Source: Myxococcota bacterium
GTDB lineage: Bacteria > Myxococcota_A > UBA9160 > UBA6930
NCBI GenBank assembly: GCA_020027245.1
Contig: JAHRAN010000056.1
Span: forward strand, 1-55,055
Direction of reading: 5' to 3'
Length of the DNA stretch: 55,055 nucleotides
This document shows positions 31,139 to 43,167 of the stretch, in pieces (positions within the stretch are counted from its first letter, which is position 1; each line of letters opens with the position of its first letter). A program made the position numbers and the translations under genes. The notes under the pieces were generated by a model, which searched no databases, had not been told where the DNA came from, and saw only the letters and a list, made by a program, of their open reading frames with translations.

Positions 31139-31843
31139 ATGCCCAGCGAAGAAAACGCCATCGGTTTCTTGGCCCACCCCTCGGACGGCCCGCACCCGGG
31201 CGTGGTGATGATTCCCGACGTCTTTGGCCTGGCCGACCACACTCGCGACATCGCCACGCGGCTTGCGGGCGAGGGCTTCGCGGTGCTGGCGGTGGACCCC
31301 TACCGCCTGTGCGGCGGCGTCGGCGCGTTCGATGGTCCCGCCGCCGCGCTGCGCTTCATCGAGGGGCTTTCCGACCCGCTGATCCTCGACACCCTGCAGC
31401 AGGGCATTGACTTTCTGGCCGCGCATAAGGCTGCGCGCGGCCAGCGCATCGGCGTCACCGGCTTTTGCATGGGCGGGCAATACGCCCTGCTCGGCGCAAG
31501 TGCTTGCACGGGGCTTTCCGCCTGCGCGCCCTTTTATGGCATGCTGCGCTACCCGGAGGGGCTCGACCCCGTGCGCAAACCGCGCTCGCCCCTCGACGCG
31601 CTGCCGGATCTTCGTTGCCCGGTGCTCGGCTTCTACGGCGCGGAGGATGAGATCATCCCGGTGTCCGATGTGCAGGCGCTGCGCCGTGGACTCGCCCGAA
31701 CGCCGCACAAGGGCGAGGTGCGGCTCTACCCGGGCGCAGGCCACGCCTTCATGAACGACACGCGCCCGCAGCTTTACCGCAAGGCGGCGGCGCTCGACGC
31801 CTTCGCCCTGCTGCACACCTTCCTGCACGCCGAACTCGGCTAG
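31139..31843 (+). CDS. Dienelactone hydrolase family protein
   Basis: GVVMIPDVFGL.DH..DIA.RLA.EGF.VLAVD.Y, nucleophile elbow GFCMGG, and C-terminal Y.GAGHAF. Confidence 0.85.
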   Translation: MPSEENAIGFLAHPSDGPHPGVVMIPDVFGLADHTRDIATRLAGEGFAVLAVDPYRLCGGVGAFDGPAAALRFIEGLSDPLILDTLQQGIDFLAAHKAARGQRIGVTGFCMGGQYALLGASACTGLSACAPFYGMLRYPEGLDPVRKPRSPLDALPDLRCPVLGFYGAEDEIIPVSDVQALRRGLARTPHKGEVRLYPGAGHAFMNDTRPQLYRKAAALDAFALLHTFLHAELG

Positions 31844-31868
31844 AGGCCCGGAGTGCTGACGCACGCCG

Positions 31869-31910
31869 CCCGTCCTTTGACCGCGGCGCAAGCCGCTGTC
31901 GGGAAAGCGG
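31869..31910. repeat. Intergenic repeat family B copy
   Basis: ccgtcctttgaccgcggcgcaagccgctgtcgggaaagcgg. Confidence 0.6.
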
Positions 31911-32693
31911 TCAGCGCTTGCCGGCGACGCCCTTGAAGATCGGCAGGTTGGCCTCGGTCGCCACGTAGATCACATTCGGGTTCTCGTTCAGCGTCTGAAT
32001 CCACAGATACTGAAGGTAGGAATCCGAAAGCGTTTCGCGGATGATGCGCTGCGCCTGCGCCGCGCCCTCCGCTCGCGCCACCTCGATCTCCGCTTCCTTG
32101 CGCGCCTGCTCGAGTTCGAATTGCTTCTGCTGCACGCGCTGCTCGGCGGTCAGCTTCGCTTCGATGCTGTCGCGGAAGCGCTGCGGCAACTGCACATCGC
32201 GCAGCAGCACATCCTCGATCTCGATGCCCCGCACTTCGAGGTTCTCGCTCAGGAATTGCTCGATGCGGTTCGCAATCTCCTTGCGCCCGACCTCGGAGTA
32301 GATGTTGCGCACCGGGTAACCGGCCACCACATCGCGCAGCGCGTTGCGGAAGTAGGGGACGACCAGTTGCGTCTCGTAGTTGCGCCCGATGGTCTTGCGG
32401 ATCTCCGGCGCCTTTACGGGGTCAACGCGAAACAGCAGCGAGGTCTCGAGCCCCACGATCAGGCCCTCGGAGGAGGGCACGTTCGCGGTTTCCTTGCGCT
32501 CCTGAAGTTTCACATTCCAGGTTTCGATGGTGCGGGCGACCGGCACCACGAAGGCGACGCCCCGCCCGACGGGTTCATCGTTGATTCTGCCGAAACTTTT
32601 CGAAACGCCGATCTCGCCGTCCTCGATGACGACGCAAGCCGTTTGCAAAGCCATGGTCAGGAGCAGGGCGATGCAGAGCAGGGTTCGCTTCAC
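31911..32693 (-). CDS. SPFH/Band-7 (prohibitin-like) lipoprotein
   Basis: GTG 32693 lies 7 nt after AAGGAG. Lipobox LTMALQTAC. The SPFH core EIGVSKSFGRI...VPV..T.ETW.V and a charged coiled-coil tail are present. Confidence 0.8.
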   Translation of the reverse strand: MKRTLLCIALLLTMALQTACVVIEDGEIGVSKSFGRINDEPVGRGVAFVVPVARTIETWNVKLQERKETANVPSSEGLIVGLETSLLFRVDPVKAPEIRKTIGRNYETQLVVPYFRNALRDVVAGYPVRNIYSEVGRKEIANRIEQFLSENLEVRGIEIEDVLLRDVQLPQRFRDSIEAKLTAEQRVQQKQFELEQARKEAEIEVARAEGAAQAQRIIRETLSDSYLQYLWIQTLNENPNVIYVATEANLPIFKGVAGKR

Positions 32694-32812
32694 GGGGGTC
32701 TCCTTCGCGGAAGGGAGGGGGTTAAATGAGCCGTGGCGGAGCATAGCGCCCGACCGCGCGCGCCGCGAGCCGGTACACTTCGGGGCGAGGCCTTCGAGCC
32801 GGGAGCCTGTAG

Positions 32813-34015
32813 ATGGATGAATCAGCCGAGAGGGACTGGCGGCGCTTCGACCTCGCCGAGCCGACGCCGGAGCACGCGCTGCTGGTTTCGACCGTGCGCG
32901 AGTTCACCCTCCGCGAGGTGGAGCCGCAGGCCGCGGCGCACGACCGCCACGAGCGCTTCAACCACGCCCTGTACCGGCGCGCCGGGGAGCTGGGCCTGCT
33001 GGGCGTGACCATCCCCGAGGCCTATGGCGGCGCGGGCCTCGACGCCCTGGCCGCCGTGCTGCTCTACGAGGGGCTCGCCGTCTCGGACCCCGGCTTCGCG
33101 CTCTCGTGTCTGGCCCACTCGATTTTGTTCGCGCAGAACCTGGCCGTGAACGGCAGCGAAAAACTGCGCCGCCACGCTCTGCCCAAGGCGGTTTCGGGAG
33201 AGTGGATCGGCGGGCTTTGCATGACCGAGCCCGAGGTCGGCACCGATGTGCTGGCCATGCGCACCCGCGCCACCCGCCGTGGCGCGCACTACCGGCTCGA
33301 CGGCGCAAAGACCTTCATCACGAACGGCGGCATTGACGAGAAAACGCCGGGTGATGTCTTCATCGTGTACGCGGCCACCGGCGAGCGCAGCATTTCGAGC
33401 TTTCTGGTCGAGAAGGACATGCCCGGTTTCAAACTCGGGCAGAAGTGGAGCGACAAGCTCGGCATGCGCGCGTCCGGCACCTTCGAGTTGCTCTTCGATG
33501 GCGTGGAGGTGCCGCTTGCGAACCGGCTCGGTGAAGAGGGCGAGGGCGCGCTGCAGATGATGCGCAACCTCGAGATCGAGCGGCTCACGCTGGCCGCGCT
33601 GGGGCTCGGCATCGGTCGCCGCTCCCTGCGCGTGATGATCGAATACGCGAACGCGCGCCACGCCTTCGGTGCGCCGCTGCGCGAGCACGGGCAGATCCAG
33701 CGCCACATCGCCGAGAACTTTGCGCGCTGGCGCGCGGCGCAGTCGCTGACCTGCGACACGGCGCGGCGCCTCGACCTCGAAGCGAGCGGTCAGCGCGTGG
33801 ACGCCGACGCCGCGAAACTCGTCGCCTGCCAGATGGCGAAAGCCGCCGCCGACGCCGCCATCCAGGTGCTCGGCGGGCAGGGCTACATGGGTGAAAATGT
33901 CGTCGAGCGTCTGTGGCGCGACTCCAAGCTGCTCGAGATCGGCGGCGGCACCCTCGAGGCGCATCACCGCAACCTGAGCAAAGACCTGTGCCGCGACCCC
34001 GCGCGCTTCTTCTGA
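32813..34015 (+). CDS. Acyl-CoA dehydrogenase
   Basis: GLLG.TIPE.YGG.G, CMTEP..G(T)D, FITNG, and the C-terminal QVLGG.GY......ER..RD.K...I..GT.E catalytic region. Confidence 0.9.
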   Translation: MDESAERDWRRFDLAEPTPEHALLVSTVREFTLREVEPQAAAHDRHERFNHALYRRAGELGLLGVTIPEAYGGAGLDALAAVLLYEGLAVSDPGFALSCLAHSILFAQNLAVNGSEKLRRHALPKAVSGEWIGGLCMTEPEVGTDVLAMRTRATRRGAHYRLDGAKTFITNGGIDEKTPGDVFIVYAATGERSISSFLVEKDMPGFKLGQKWSDKLGMRASGTFELLFDGVEVPLANRLGEEGEGALQMMRNLEIERLTLAALGLGIGRRSLRVMIEYANARHAFGAPLREHGQIQRHIAENFARWRAAQSLTCDTARRLDLEASGQRVDADAAKLVACQMAKAAADAAIQVLGGQGYMGENVVERLWRDSKLLEIGGGTLEAHHRNLSKDLCRDPARFF

Positions 34016-34074
34016 CCAGCGCCAGCAAGCCACACCCGCCGGGAGTCACCCCAGCGTCCGAGGCGCGTCAGCCG

Positions 34075-34112
34075 TCAGCCCTTCCGGCAGCGGCTCGGCG
34101 CGGTCAACGGGT
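34075..34112. repeat. Intergenic repeat family B copy (reverse orientation)
   Basis: cccttccggcagcggctcggcgcggtcaacgggtgg. Confidence 0.65.
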
Positions 34113-34123
34113 GGGGGGGCGCG

Positions 34124-35011
34124 TCAGCGCCCCGGAGGGCAGCTTTGCTGCACTTGCTTCGCCACCGGGAAGAAGAGCGGCTGACCGTCGCGCTCGAAGT
34201 TTTTGATGGTGGCCTGCCCTTCGGGCGAGAGTAGCCAGCGGCTGAAGCGCCGCGCGAGCGCCAGTTTCGCCTGCGGGTGACGCGCGGGGTTCAGGGCCAG
34301 CACGCCGTAGGGATTGTGCAGCAGCGGGTCGCCCTCGACGAGCAGCGCCATCTGGCCCCGCCGCTTGTGACTCAGCCAGGTGCCGCGGTCGGCGAGCAGG
34401 TAGGCGTCGAGTTCGCTGGCCATGTTCAAGGTGGCGCCCATGCCGTTGCCGCTTTCGAGATACCAGCGGTCCCGCTCAGCGCGCGGGTCGAGCCGCGCCG
34501 CGCGCCACAAGCGCCGCTCCGCCTTGTGCGTGCCCGAGTCGTCACCGCGCGACAGAAAGCGCGCGCCGCGTTCGGCGATGCGGCGCAGCGCCAGCGTCAC
34601 CGAAGCCAGAGCAAAGACCTCCGCCGGGTCGAGAGACGGCCCCAGCAGCACGAAGTCGTTGTACATCACCTCGCAGCGAAAGAGTCCGTGGCCCTCGGCG
34701 ACGAAGGCCAGCTCGCTCTCTTGATCGTGAACCAGCAGCGCATCCACATCACCGCGCCGCCCGTGTTCGAGCGCGCGCCCGGTGCCGGTCGCCAGCACGC
34801 GCACCGCGATGCCGCTCTCGGCCTCGAAGCGCTTCGTGAGTTCGGCCAGCAGCCCCGAGTCGCGGGTCGAGGTGGTGGAGGCGAGCAGCAGGAAGGGCCT
34901 TTCAGCCTCACCGGCGGCAAGCGGCAGCGCAAGCAGCGCGAGCAGCACGAGCAGCGCGAAGAGTGCGCAGCCGGCGAGCGCACGGGCGGCGCGTGCAAGC
35001 CTGCGCGTCAT
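34124..35011 (-). CDS. tupA: Tungstate/oxyanion ABC transporter substrate-binding protein (TupA-like)
   Basis: It has a signal peptide. ASTTSTRDSGLL..L...FE...G..V.V.A.GTG.AL..GR.GD.DALLVH matches the TupA-type TTTS motif family. Confidence 0.7.
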   Translation of the reverse strand: MTRRLARAARALAGCALFALLVLLALLALPLAAGEAERPFLLLASTTSTRDSGLLAELTKRFEAESGIAVRVLATGTGRALEHGRRGDVDALLVHDQESELAFVAEGHGLFRCEVMYNDFVLLGPSLDPAEVFALASVTLALRRIAERGARFLSRGDDSGTHKAERRLWRAARLDPRAERDRWYLESGNGMGATLNMASELDAYLLADRGTWLSHKRRGQMALLVEGDPLLHNPYGVLALNPARHPQAKLALARRFSRWLLSPEGQATIKNFERDGQPLFFPVAKQVQQSCPPGR

Positions 35012-35736
35012 ATTAAAGCAACGCCCTTCAGAAACTCGCGGGCCACGGCGCTTTGCGGCCGCGCGAAGAACTCGGTGGCTGCGCTCTGCTCGAGCAGTCG
35101 TCCACGGTGCAGGAACAGCACTTCGCCCGCCAGCCGCCGCGCCTGGGCGAGGTCGTGGGTGGTCATCACGATTTTGACGCCGCCCTCGTCGCGCAGCGTC
35201 TCGATTGCGTTTTCGAGCAAGCGCCCGGCGGCCGGGTCGAGTGCGGCGGCCGGTTCGTCGAGAAACAAGAGCCGCGGTTCGAGCGCCCAGGCCCGCGCCA
35301 ACGCGAGGCGCTGTTGCTCGCCCACCGAGAGCCGGCGCGCGGGACGGGCGGCGAGCTCCGTAAGCTGCGTGCCCGCAAGTGCGCGCGCGGTGCGGCGCTC
35401 GCGCTCGCGCCTTCCGATGCCCCGCACGCGCGATGGAAAGTCAACGTTCGCGCGCGCGCTGCGCCGCAACAAGACGGGGCGTTGAAACACCAGCGCCGAA
35501 GCGGCGCGCGCGGTCGCCACGGTGGTCGCCCAGCGCACGCGGCCGCTGGTCGGAGCGAGCAGCCCGTTGGCGATGCGCAGCAGCAGCGTCTTGCCCGCGC
35601 CGTTCGGCCCCAGGATGACGCTGATCGCGCCGGCCTCGATGCTGAAGTTGATGTCTTCGAGCAGCGTTTCGCCGCCCTGCTCGAAGCCGATGCCCTCGAA
35701 GCGCAGCGGCAGCAGCGCGTTCTCAGGCGCCGACAC
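35008..35736 (-). CDS. tupC: ABC transporter ATP-binding protein
   Basis: Walker A GPNGAGKT, signature LSVGEQQR, Walker B LLFLDEP. Confidence 0.85.
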   Translation of the reverse strand: MSAPENALLPLRFEGIGFEQGGETLLEDINFSIEAGAISVILGPNGAGKTLLLRIANGLLAPTSGRVRWATTVATARAASALVFQRPVLLRRSARANVDFPSRVRGIGRRERERRTARALAGTQLTELAARPARRLSVGEQQRLALARAWALEPRLLFLDEPAAALDPAAGRLLENAIETLRDEGGVKIVMTTHDLAQARRLAGEVLFLHRGRLLEQSAATEFFARPQSAVAREFLKGVALI

Positions 35737-36427
35737 GACGCATTCCCGCGCGCAACACCTCGACGCCGCCGTTGATCAGCACGGCGAAGCCGAGCAGCAG
35801 CATGCCGAGGCCCAGCGCCAGCGCAAAATCGCCCCGGCTGGTTTCGAGCGCGATGGCGGTGGTCATCACCCGCGTGTGATGCGCGATGTTGCCGCCGACC
35901 ACGATCACCGCGCCGACTTCCGAGATGGCGCGCCCGAAGGCGGCGAGCACCACGGTCGCCAGCGTGAAACGCCCCTCGTAGAGCAGCGTCGGAATCGCCC
36001 GCCATACACCGATGCCGAAAGAGCGCAGTTGCTCCGCGTATTCCTCCCACAAATCTTCGATCACCTGCCGGGTCAGCGCGGCGACGATCGGCGTGACCAG
36101 AAGGGTCTGCGCGAGAATCATCGCGGCGGGGGTGAACAGCCAGTGGAGCGCGCCGAGCGGCCCCGAGCGCCCGAGCAGCAGATAGACCATCAAGCCTGCC
36201 ACCACCGGCGGCAGGCCCATGCAAGTGTTCAGCAGCGCAGAGAGTATGTTGCGCCCCGGAAAGCGCGCGATGCCGAGCCCGGCGCCGAGCGGCAGACCGA
36301 GCGCCACCGAAAGCGCGAGCGCCGCGCCGCTGACGCGCAGCGAGAGCGCCACGATTTCGAGCAGCGTGGGGTCGCCGTGGAGGATCAGACCGAGCGCAGT
36401 CGAAAAGGCTTCGATGATGTCGCCCAT
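35723..36427 (-). CDS. tupB: ABC transporter permease
   Basis: ATG 36427 (MGDIIEAF). Five or six TM segments and an EAA-like loop (SFGIGVWRAIPTLLYE). It overlaps the ATPase gene. Confidence 0.8.
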   Translation of the reverse strand: MGDIIEAFSTALGLILHGDPTLLEIVALSLRVSGAALALSVALGLPLGAGLGIARFPGRNILSALLNTCMGLPPVVAGLMVYLLLGRSGPLGALHWLFTPAAMILAQTLLVTPIVAALTRQVIEDLWEEYAEQLRSFGIGVWRAIPTLLYEGRFTLATVVLAAFGRAISEVGAVIVVGGNIAHHTRVMTTAIALETSRGDFALALGLGMLLLGFAVLINGGVEVLRAGMRRVGA

Positions 36428-36452
36428 AATAAGTAGTGATAGCGGAAAGCGC

Positions 36453-38543
<2,091 letters not shown>

Positions 38544-38596
38544 TTGCGGCGAGTGTACCGAGTTGACCGCGACCGGTCGCTACTTTAACCACCCGA

Positions 38597-39427
38597 ATGT
38601 CTGCGGAACAAAGCGGCGGCGACGAGCGGAGCGCCATGCTCCTGCGTGCTGCCGTTAACTATGTCGCGCGCCACGGCGCGCCGCTCGACCGCCTGCATGT
38701 CGAGGTGCTGACGGGCAAGCGCCCGGCGGCGGCGCTGCTCGAAGGGCTCGCCGCCCGGCAAGGCAAAGACGGTGCGATTCCCGACTGGCGCGAGGCGGCG
38801 GACGACACGCCGGTGGTCGCCGCTGACGCCGCACAGCGCGGAACCCTGCGCGCGCTCGGCGTGCTCGACGGCCTGGGTCTCTACGATCACGCGCTGCCGG
38901 AGCGCGCGGTCGGTTGGCTTGCGGCGCAACAAGACCCGGACGGCGGCTTTGGCGGCGCGGCTGCCGCCCCGTCGCAGCGCATCGAGCTCACCGGCGCCAT
39001 GGCGGGTCTGCTCGCGCGCTCGCCCTTCGCCCGCGCCACGCTGCTGCGTCGGGCCGAGCGCTTTCTGGCCGCGCGCTGGGATGTTTCACTCGTACAAGGT
39101 CCGAACTACGGGCCGATTCGGGCCTATTTGCATTTGATGTCGGGCTTCGACTCCGAGCTTTCCGACGAGGTACTCAACTGGTGCGGGCGCGAACTCGAGC
39201 GCGGCTTTCGCACTCGTGTCTTCGATCCGGTCGCCGTGGCCCGGGTTTTCTGTCTGGCCCACGCGCGCGCGCTGCCCGGCGCCCGGCTCGAGCCGGCCGA
39301 AGTGCTCGGTGCCTTCGTGCAGCAGGCGGACGGAAGTTTTAATCCCCCCGCCTCCTCGCGCGACGACACGCCGCGCGACGCCACGCTCGACGCCATCGAG
39401 GCGTTGCTGCGACTTTCTCAACCCTGA
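38597..39427 (+). CDS. Hypothetical protein with prenyltransferase/terpene-cyclase-like repeats
   Basis: QW-like motifs ARQGKDGAIPDW and AAQQDPDGGFGG. The prediction is otherwise helical. The assignment is weak. Confidence 0.4.
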   Translation: MSAEQSGGDERSAMLLRAAVNYVARHGAPLDRLHVEVLTGKRPAAALLEGLAARQGKDGAIPDWREAADDTPVVAADAAQRGTLRALGVLDGLGLYDHALPERAVGWLAAQQDPDGGFGGAAAAPSQRIELTGAMAGLLARSPFARATLLRRAERFLAARWDVSLVQGPNYGPIRAYLHLMSGFDSELSDEVLNWCGRELERGFRTRVFDPVAVARVFCLAHARALPGARLEPAEVLGAFVQQADGSFNPPASSRDDTPRDATLDAIEALLRLSQP

Positions 39428-39481
39428 CCGCCGCCGCGCGCGCCGATACTTTAACACAAAGCGACTGGAAAAGTTAAATTA

Positions 39482-39519
39482 GAAAGGTTAAGATAGACCT
39501 GAAAGGTTAAAATAGACCT
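39482..39519 (+). promoter_or_regulatory. Two tandem 19-bp direct repeats abutting the start codon of the acyl-CoA synthetase
   Basis: gaaaggttaagatagacct / gaaaggttaaaatagacct (1 mismatch), directly followed by GTG 39520. A weaker third copy ggaaaagttaaatta lies upstream, in an AT-rich spacer. Confidence 0.5.
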
Positions 39520-41163
39520 GTGAACATCGGCGCCATTCACGAGGCCATCGCGCGCGCGATTCCCGAGCACGAGTGTCTGGTGTTCCGGGAGCGGCGCTTT
39601 TCTTGGGCGGAGGTCTCTCTGCGCACGCGGCGTCTGGCCTCGGTGCTCCGCGCGCACGGGCTCGGCTGCCGGCGCGAGCGCACGGAGCTCGAAAACTGGG
39701 AGAGCGGTCAGGATCACATCGCGCTCTATCTGCACAACTGCAACGAGTATCTCGAAGGAATGCTGGGCGCCTACAAGGCGCGCTGCGCGCCCTTCAATGT
39801 CAACTACCGCTATGTGGAAGAGGAGCTCAGCTACCTGTTCGAGAATGCGAACGCGCGCGCCGTCATCTTCCACGCGAGCTTTGCGCCGCTGCTCGAGAAA
39901 CTGCGCGCGCAGTTGCCCGAGGTGGCGTTGTGGCTCGAGGTGGACGACGGCAGCGCGCAGCACTTCGAGGGCGCGCTCGACTACGAAGCCGCGCTGGCGT
40001 CGGCGTCGCCCGCTCCGCCCGAGGGACTTTCGCCCGACGACCTCTACATCCTCTACACCGGCGGCACGACGGGGATGCCCAAAGGCGTGCTGTGGCGGCA
40101 GCAGGAAATTCTGCGCGCCGCGCTGCTGCCGCAGGGTATGGAGCCCACGCTCGATGCCATCGTTGCGCGCGCCCGTCGCCTGGCGGGTCGCGCGCGTGGC
40201 CTGCCGGCGCCGCCCTTCATGCACGGCGCCGCGCACTGGGCGGCATTCAGTTTGTGGCACGCGGGCGGCGCCGTATTTGTGCAGGATTCGCCGCAGCGTC
40301 TCGACGCCGCCGGCATCTGGCGGCTCATCGAACGCGAGCGCCTGACCCTGCTGACCATCGTCGGCGACGCCTTCGCGCGTCCGCTGCTCGATGAAATCAA
40401 GGCGGGTAATTATGATCTCTCCTCGCTGCGCACGCTGAGCAGCGGCGGCGCCATCCTGAGCGCGAAGGTCAAGGATGCCTTGCTTACGGCGCTGCCCTCG
40501 CTGCGCATTCTCGATGTGCTCGGCTCTTCCGAGAGCGGGCAGCAGGGCGCGCAGGTTTCGAAGTCCGGCGCGGCGGCGGTCACCGGTGATTTCGAGCCGA
40601 ACGCCGACAACGCGCTGCTCGCCGAGGACATGCAAAGCGTGCTCGAGCCGGGCGTTGCGGCGAGCGGCGCCGTCGGCTGGCTGGCGCGCAAAGGCCCGGT
40701 GCCGCTCGGCTACTACCGGGATCAGGCCAAGACCGAGCGAACCTTCCCGGTGGTTGGCGGCGTTCGCTTTGCGGTGCCCGGCGACCGCGCCGTGCTGACG
40801 GAAGACGGCGGCGTGCGGCTGCTCGGGCGCGATTCGGTGACGATCAACTCCGGCGGCGAGAAGATTTTCGCGGAGGAAGTGGAGCACGCGCTCAAACAGC
40901 ACCCGGATGTGTACGATGTCGTGGTCACCGGCACGCCCGACCCGCGCTGGGGGCAGCAGGTCACCGCCATCGTCGCGCTGCAGCCCGGTGCTCAAGAAGA
41001 CGAGGCGGCGCTTCGGGCCGAGTGCGCGCGCCACATCGCGCGCTACAAGCTGCCCCGCGCGTTCGTGTTCGTCGAAGCGCTGCAGCGCTCGCCGAGCGGC
41101 AAGGCCGACTACCGCTGGGCCTTCCAAACCGCCTGCACGCACCTCGGCATCGAGAAACCTTGA
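39520..41163 (+). CDS. AMP-dependent acyl-CoA synthetase/ligase
   Basis: AMP-binding motif ILYTGGTTGMPKGVLW, GDRA....DG, and C-terminal PRSPSGKADYR. Confidence 0.9.
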   Translation: MNIGAIHEAIARAIPEHECLVFRERRFSWAEVSLRTRRLASVLRAHGLGCRRERTELENWESGQDHIALYLHNCNEYLEGMLGAYKARCAPFNVNYRYVEEELSYLFENANARAVIFHASFAPLLEKLRAQLPEVALWLEVDDGSAQHFEGALDYEAALASASPAPPEGLSPDDLYILYTGGTTGMPKGVLWRQQEILRAALLPQGMEPTLDAIVARARRLAGRARGLPAPPFMHGAAHWAAFSLWHAGGAVFVQDSPQRLDAAGIWRLIERERLTLLTIVGDAFARPLLDEIKAGNYDLSSLRTLSSGGAILSAKVKDALLTALPSLRILDVLGSSESGQQGAQVSKSGAAAVTGDFEPNADNALLAEDMQSVLEPGVAASGAVGWLARKGPVPLGYYRDQAKTERTFPVVGGVRFAVPGDRAVLTEDGGVRLLGRDSVTINSGGEKIFAEEVEHALKQHPDVYDVVVTGTPDPRWGQQVTAIVALQPGAQEDEAALRAECARHIARYKLPRAFVFVEALQRSPSGKADYRWAFQTACTHLGIEKP

Positions 41164-41191
41164 CGGTGGCGCGTTGGTTCAAGCCCCGCCG

Positions 41192-41312
41192 CCTCTCTCC
41201 CAAAGGGAGAGGGGAATTAACCAAGCGCGAGAGTGACCTCTGCTCCCTCTCCCCCTGGGAGAGGGCGGGGTGAGGGTTCCTAAGGCTGGGCGGCGGGCGC
41301 AGCCCGCCGGGG
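41192..41312. repeat. Family A double-hairpin copy plus GC-rich palindrome module
   Basis: cctctctccc-aaa-gggagaggggaattaaccaagcgcgagagtgacctctgctccctctcccc-ctg-ggagagggcggggtgagggttcc, then taaggctgggcggcgggcgcagcccgcc (also at 46946-46973). The last module forms the 3' end of the DUF1499 ORF. Confidence 0.8.
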
Positions 41313-42068
41313 CTGCGCCCGCCGGTAAGCATCGCGGAAGCGTTGGATGCGCGCGGCGTTGGCGCCCAGATCGCCGCGGCCGTCGCGCGATTTGGAGCGC
41401 AGGTCGAGACGCGCGCCGCCGCCGGCGTCAGCGCGGACGCGAATCACCACATCGTCCACAAAGCGAAACAAGCGCGTGCTGTGCTGCGCCTGAATAATGC
41501 CTGCCGCTTCGTCCACATGGGTCACCTGCCAGCCGAGTTGGCGCGCGGTCCTAGCGGCCAGCTCGAGCGCATGCGTCGGCGGGTGCGCGCTTTCGATCGG
41601 CGCGAGCGCCGGCCAGGCCGCGCGGATCTGCTCGCGCCAGTTCGGGGGATAGTTCGGCGGCGGGTAGGTCATGTCGCGCCCGCGCCCCGACGGGTCGCTC
41701 GCGAAGCGCGGCGGGTTTTCGAGATCGGTGCTGATGTCGTTCAGCGTCGGCAGCTCGGCGCGCAGCACCGGCAGCAGCGCTGCCAGCAGTGCGACGACGA
41801 GCACGCCGCCGGTCGCCACGCCGAAGAGCGCCAGCCGACGGCCGCTGCGCCCGCTGGCTGTGCGCGTGGTGTAGAGGCCGATGCCGCCGAGCAGCAGAGC
41901 GAGGAGTCCGCAAAGTGAGCCGAGTTGATAGAAGAGCGTGAAGCTCTGCATCGCCTCGATCCACCCGAGTTGCCGCAGCACCAGGCCGAGCAGCACCCAG
42001 CCAAGCCCGAAACATCCACAACAACCCGCAACCCACGCGAGTTTCGACTTCGCTCCGTCACGCATCAT
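41280..42068 (-). CDS. DUF1499-domain membrane protein
   Basis: Four N-terminal TM helices. Then L.DISTD..NPP.F and the C-terminal RSKSRDGRGDLGANAARIQRF signature of DUF1499. Confidence 0.75.
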   Translation of the reverse strand: MMRDGAKSKLAWVAGCCGCFGLGWVLLGLVLRQLGWIEAMQSFTLFYQLGSLCGLLALLLGGIGLYTTRTASGRSGRRLALFGVATGGVLVVALLAALLPVLRAELPTLNDISTDLENPPRFASDPSGRGRDMTYPPPNYPPNWREQIRAAWPALAPIESAHPPTHALELAARTARQLGWQVTHVDEAAGIIQAQHSTRLFRFVDDVVIRVRADAGGGARLDLRSKSRDGRGDLGANAARIQRFRDAYRRAQPRRAAPAAQP

Positions 42069-42178
42069 CCAGCCCCCGTTTTTGCCGCGGGTTTTAAGCC
42101 GGTCATAATGCTACCGCGTCTTGCGCGATTTCAGCGGCGGGCGACCATGTCCGGCTGCAACCCACGAGGAGGGCGCTG

Positions 42179-43150
42179 ATGGCGCGCTTGCTGCTGACGG
42201 GAGCCGCCGGTTTCATCGGCGCGCATACGGCGCGCATGCTGCTCGAGCGGGGCGATCAGGTGGTGGGTGTGGACGCGCTCATCGGCCCGGCTTCCGGACT
42301 CGAGCGTCATCGCCTGGCCTGGCTGCGCGCGCACGAGCGTTTTCAATTCCTTCGCGCCGATGTGAGCGCGCGGGCGGCGCTCGAGGCCGCGTTGCCAGCC
42401 GGTGACTTCGACGCGGTTTTGCATCTGGCGGCGCACGCGGGTGTGCGCGCCAGTGTCGGAAACCCGCACGCGCATCTTGAGACCAACCTCGGCGGCACGC
42501 TGAACCTGCTCGAACTCTGTCGCACGCGCGGCGTTCCCAAACTGGTGCTGGCTTCGACCTCGAGCGTGTATGGCGACAGTCAGACGCTGCCCTTCGACGA
42601 AGCGCAGCATACGAGTCGGCCGCTGTCGCCCTACGCGGCGAGCAAGAAGGCCGCCGAGGCGCTGGCCTTCAGTTGGCACGCGTTGCATGGCCTCGATCTC
42701 AGTGTGCTGCGTTACTTCACGGTCTATGGCCCGGCCGGGCGTCCCGATATGGCGGTGTTCCGCTTCGTGCAGCGCATCGCCGAGGGTCGCACCGTCACCG
42801 TGTATGGCGATGGCGAGATGTCCCGCGACTTCAGTTATGTGGAGGATGTGGCGCGCGGCACCGTCGCTGCGCTGCGCCCGCTCGGTTACGAGATCATCAA
42901 CCTCGGCGCCGCCGAACCGCACAGCGTGCGCGAGTTGCTCGAGATCACCACGCGCCATGTTGGACGCAAGGCGCGGATCGAGAAACAGCCAGCGCATTCC
43001 GCCGACCCGCCGCAGACCCTGGCCCGCATCGAAAAAGCCGAGCGCCTGCTCGACTGGCGTCCGCTCGTCAACCTCGACGAGGGCCTGCGCCGCACGGTCG
43101 CCTGGTACCGCGCCGAGCGCGCCTGGGCCAGCAAAATCCCGACGGAATAA
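42179..43150 (+). CDS. NAD-dependent nucleotide-sugar epimerase/dehydratase (SDR, extended)
   Basis: LLTGAAGFIGAH Rossmann motif, catalytic YAASKKAAE, and FRYFTVYGP.GRPDM. Confidence 0.88.
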   Translation: MARLLLTGAAGFIGAHTARMLLERGDQVVGVDALIGPASGLERHRLAWLRAHERFQFLRADVSARAALEAALPAGDFDAVLHLAAHAGVRASVGNPHAHLETNLGGTLNLLELCRTRGVPKLVLASTSSVYGDSQTLPFDEAQHTSRPLSPYAASKKAAEALAFSWHALHGLDLSVLRYFTVYGPAGRPDMAVFRFVQRIAEGRTVTVYGDGEMSRDFSYVEDVARGTVAALRPLGYEIINLGAAEPHSVRELLEITTRHVGRKARIEKQPAHSADPPQTLARIEKAERLLDWRPLVNLDEGLRRTVAWYRAERAWASKIPTE

Positions 43151-43167
43151 AGCGAGAGGGCAGCTTC

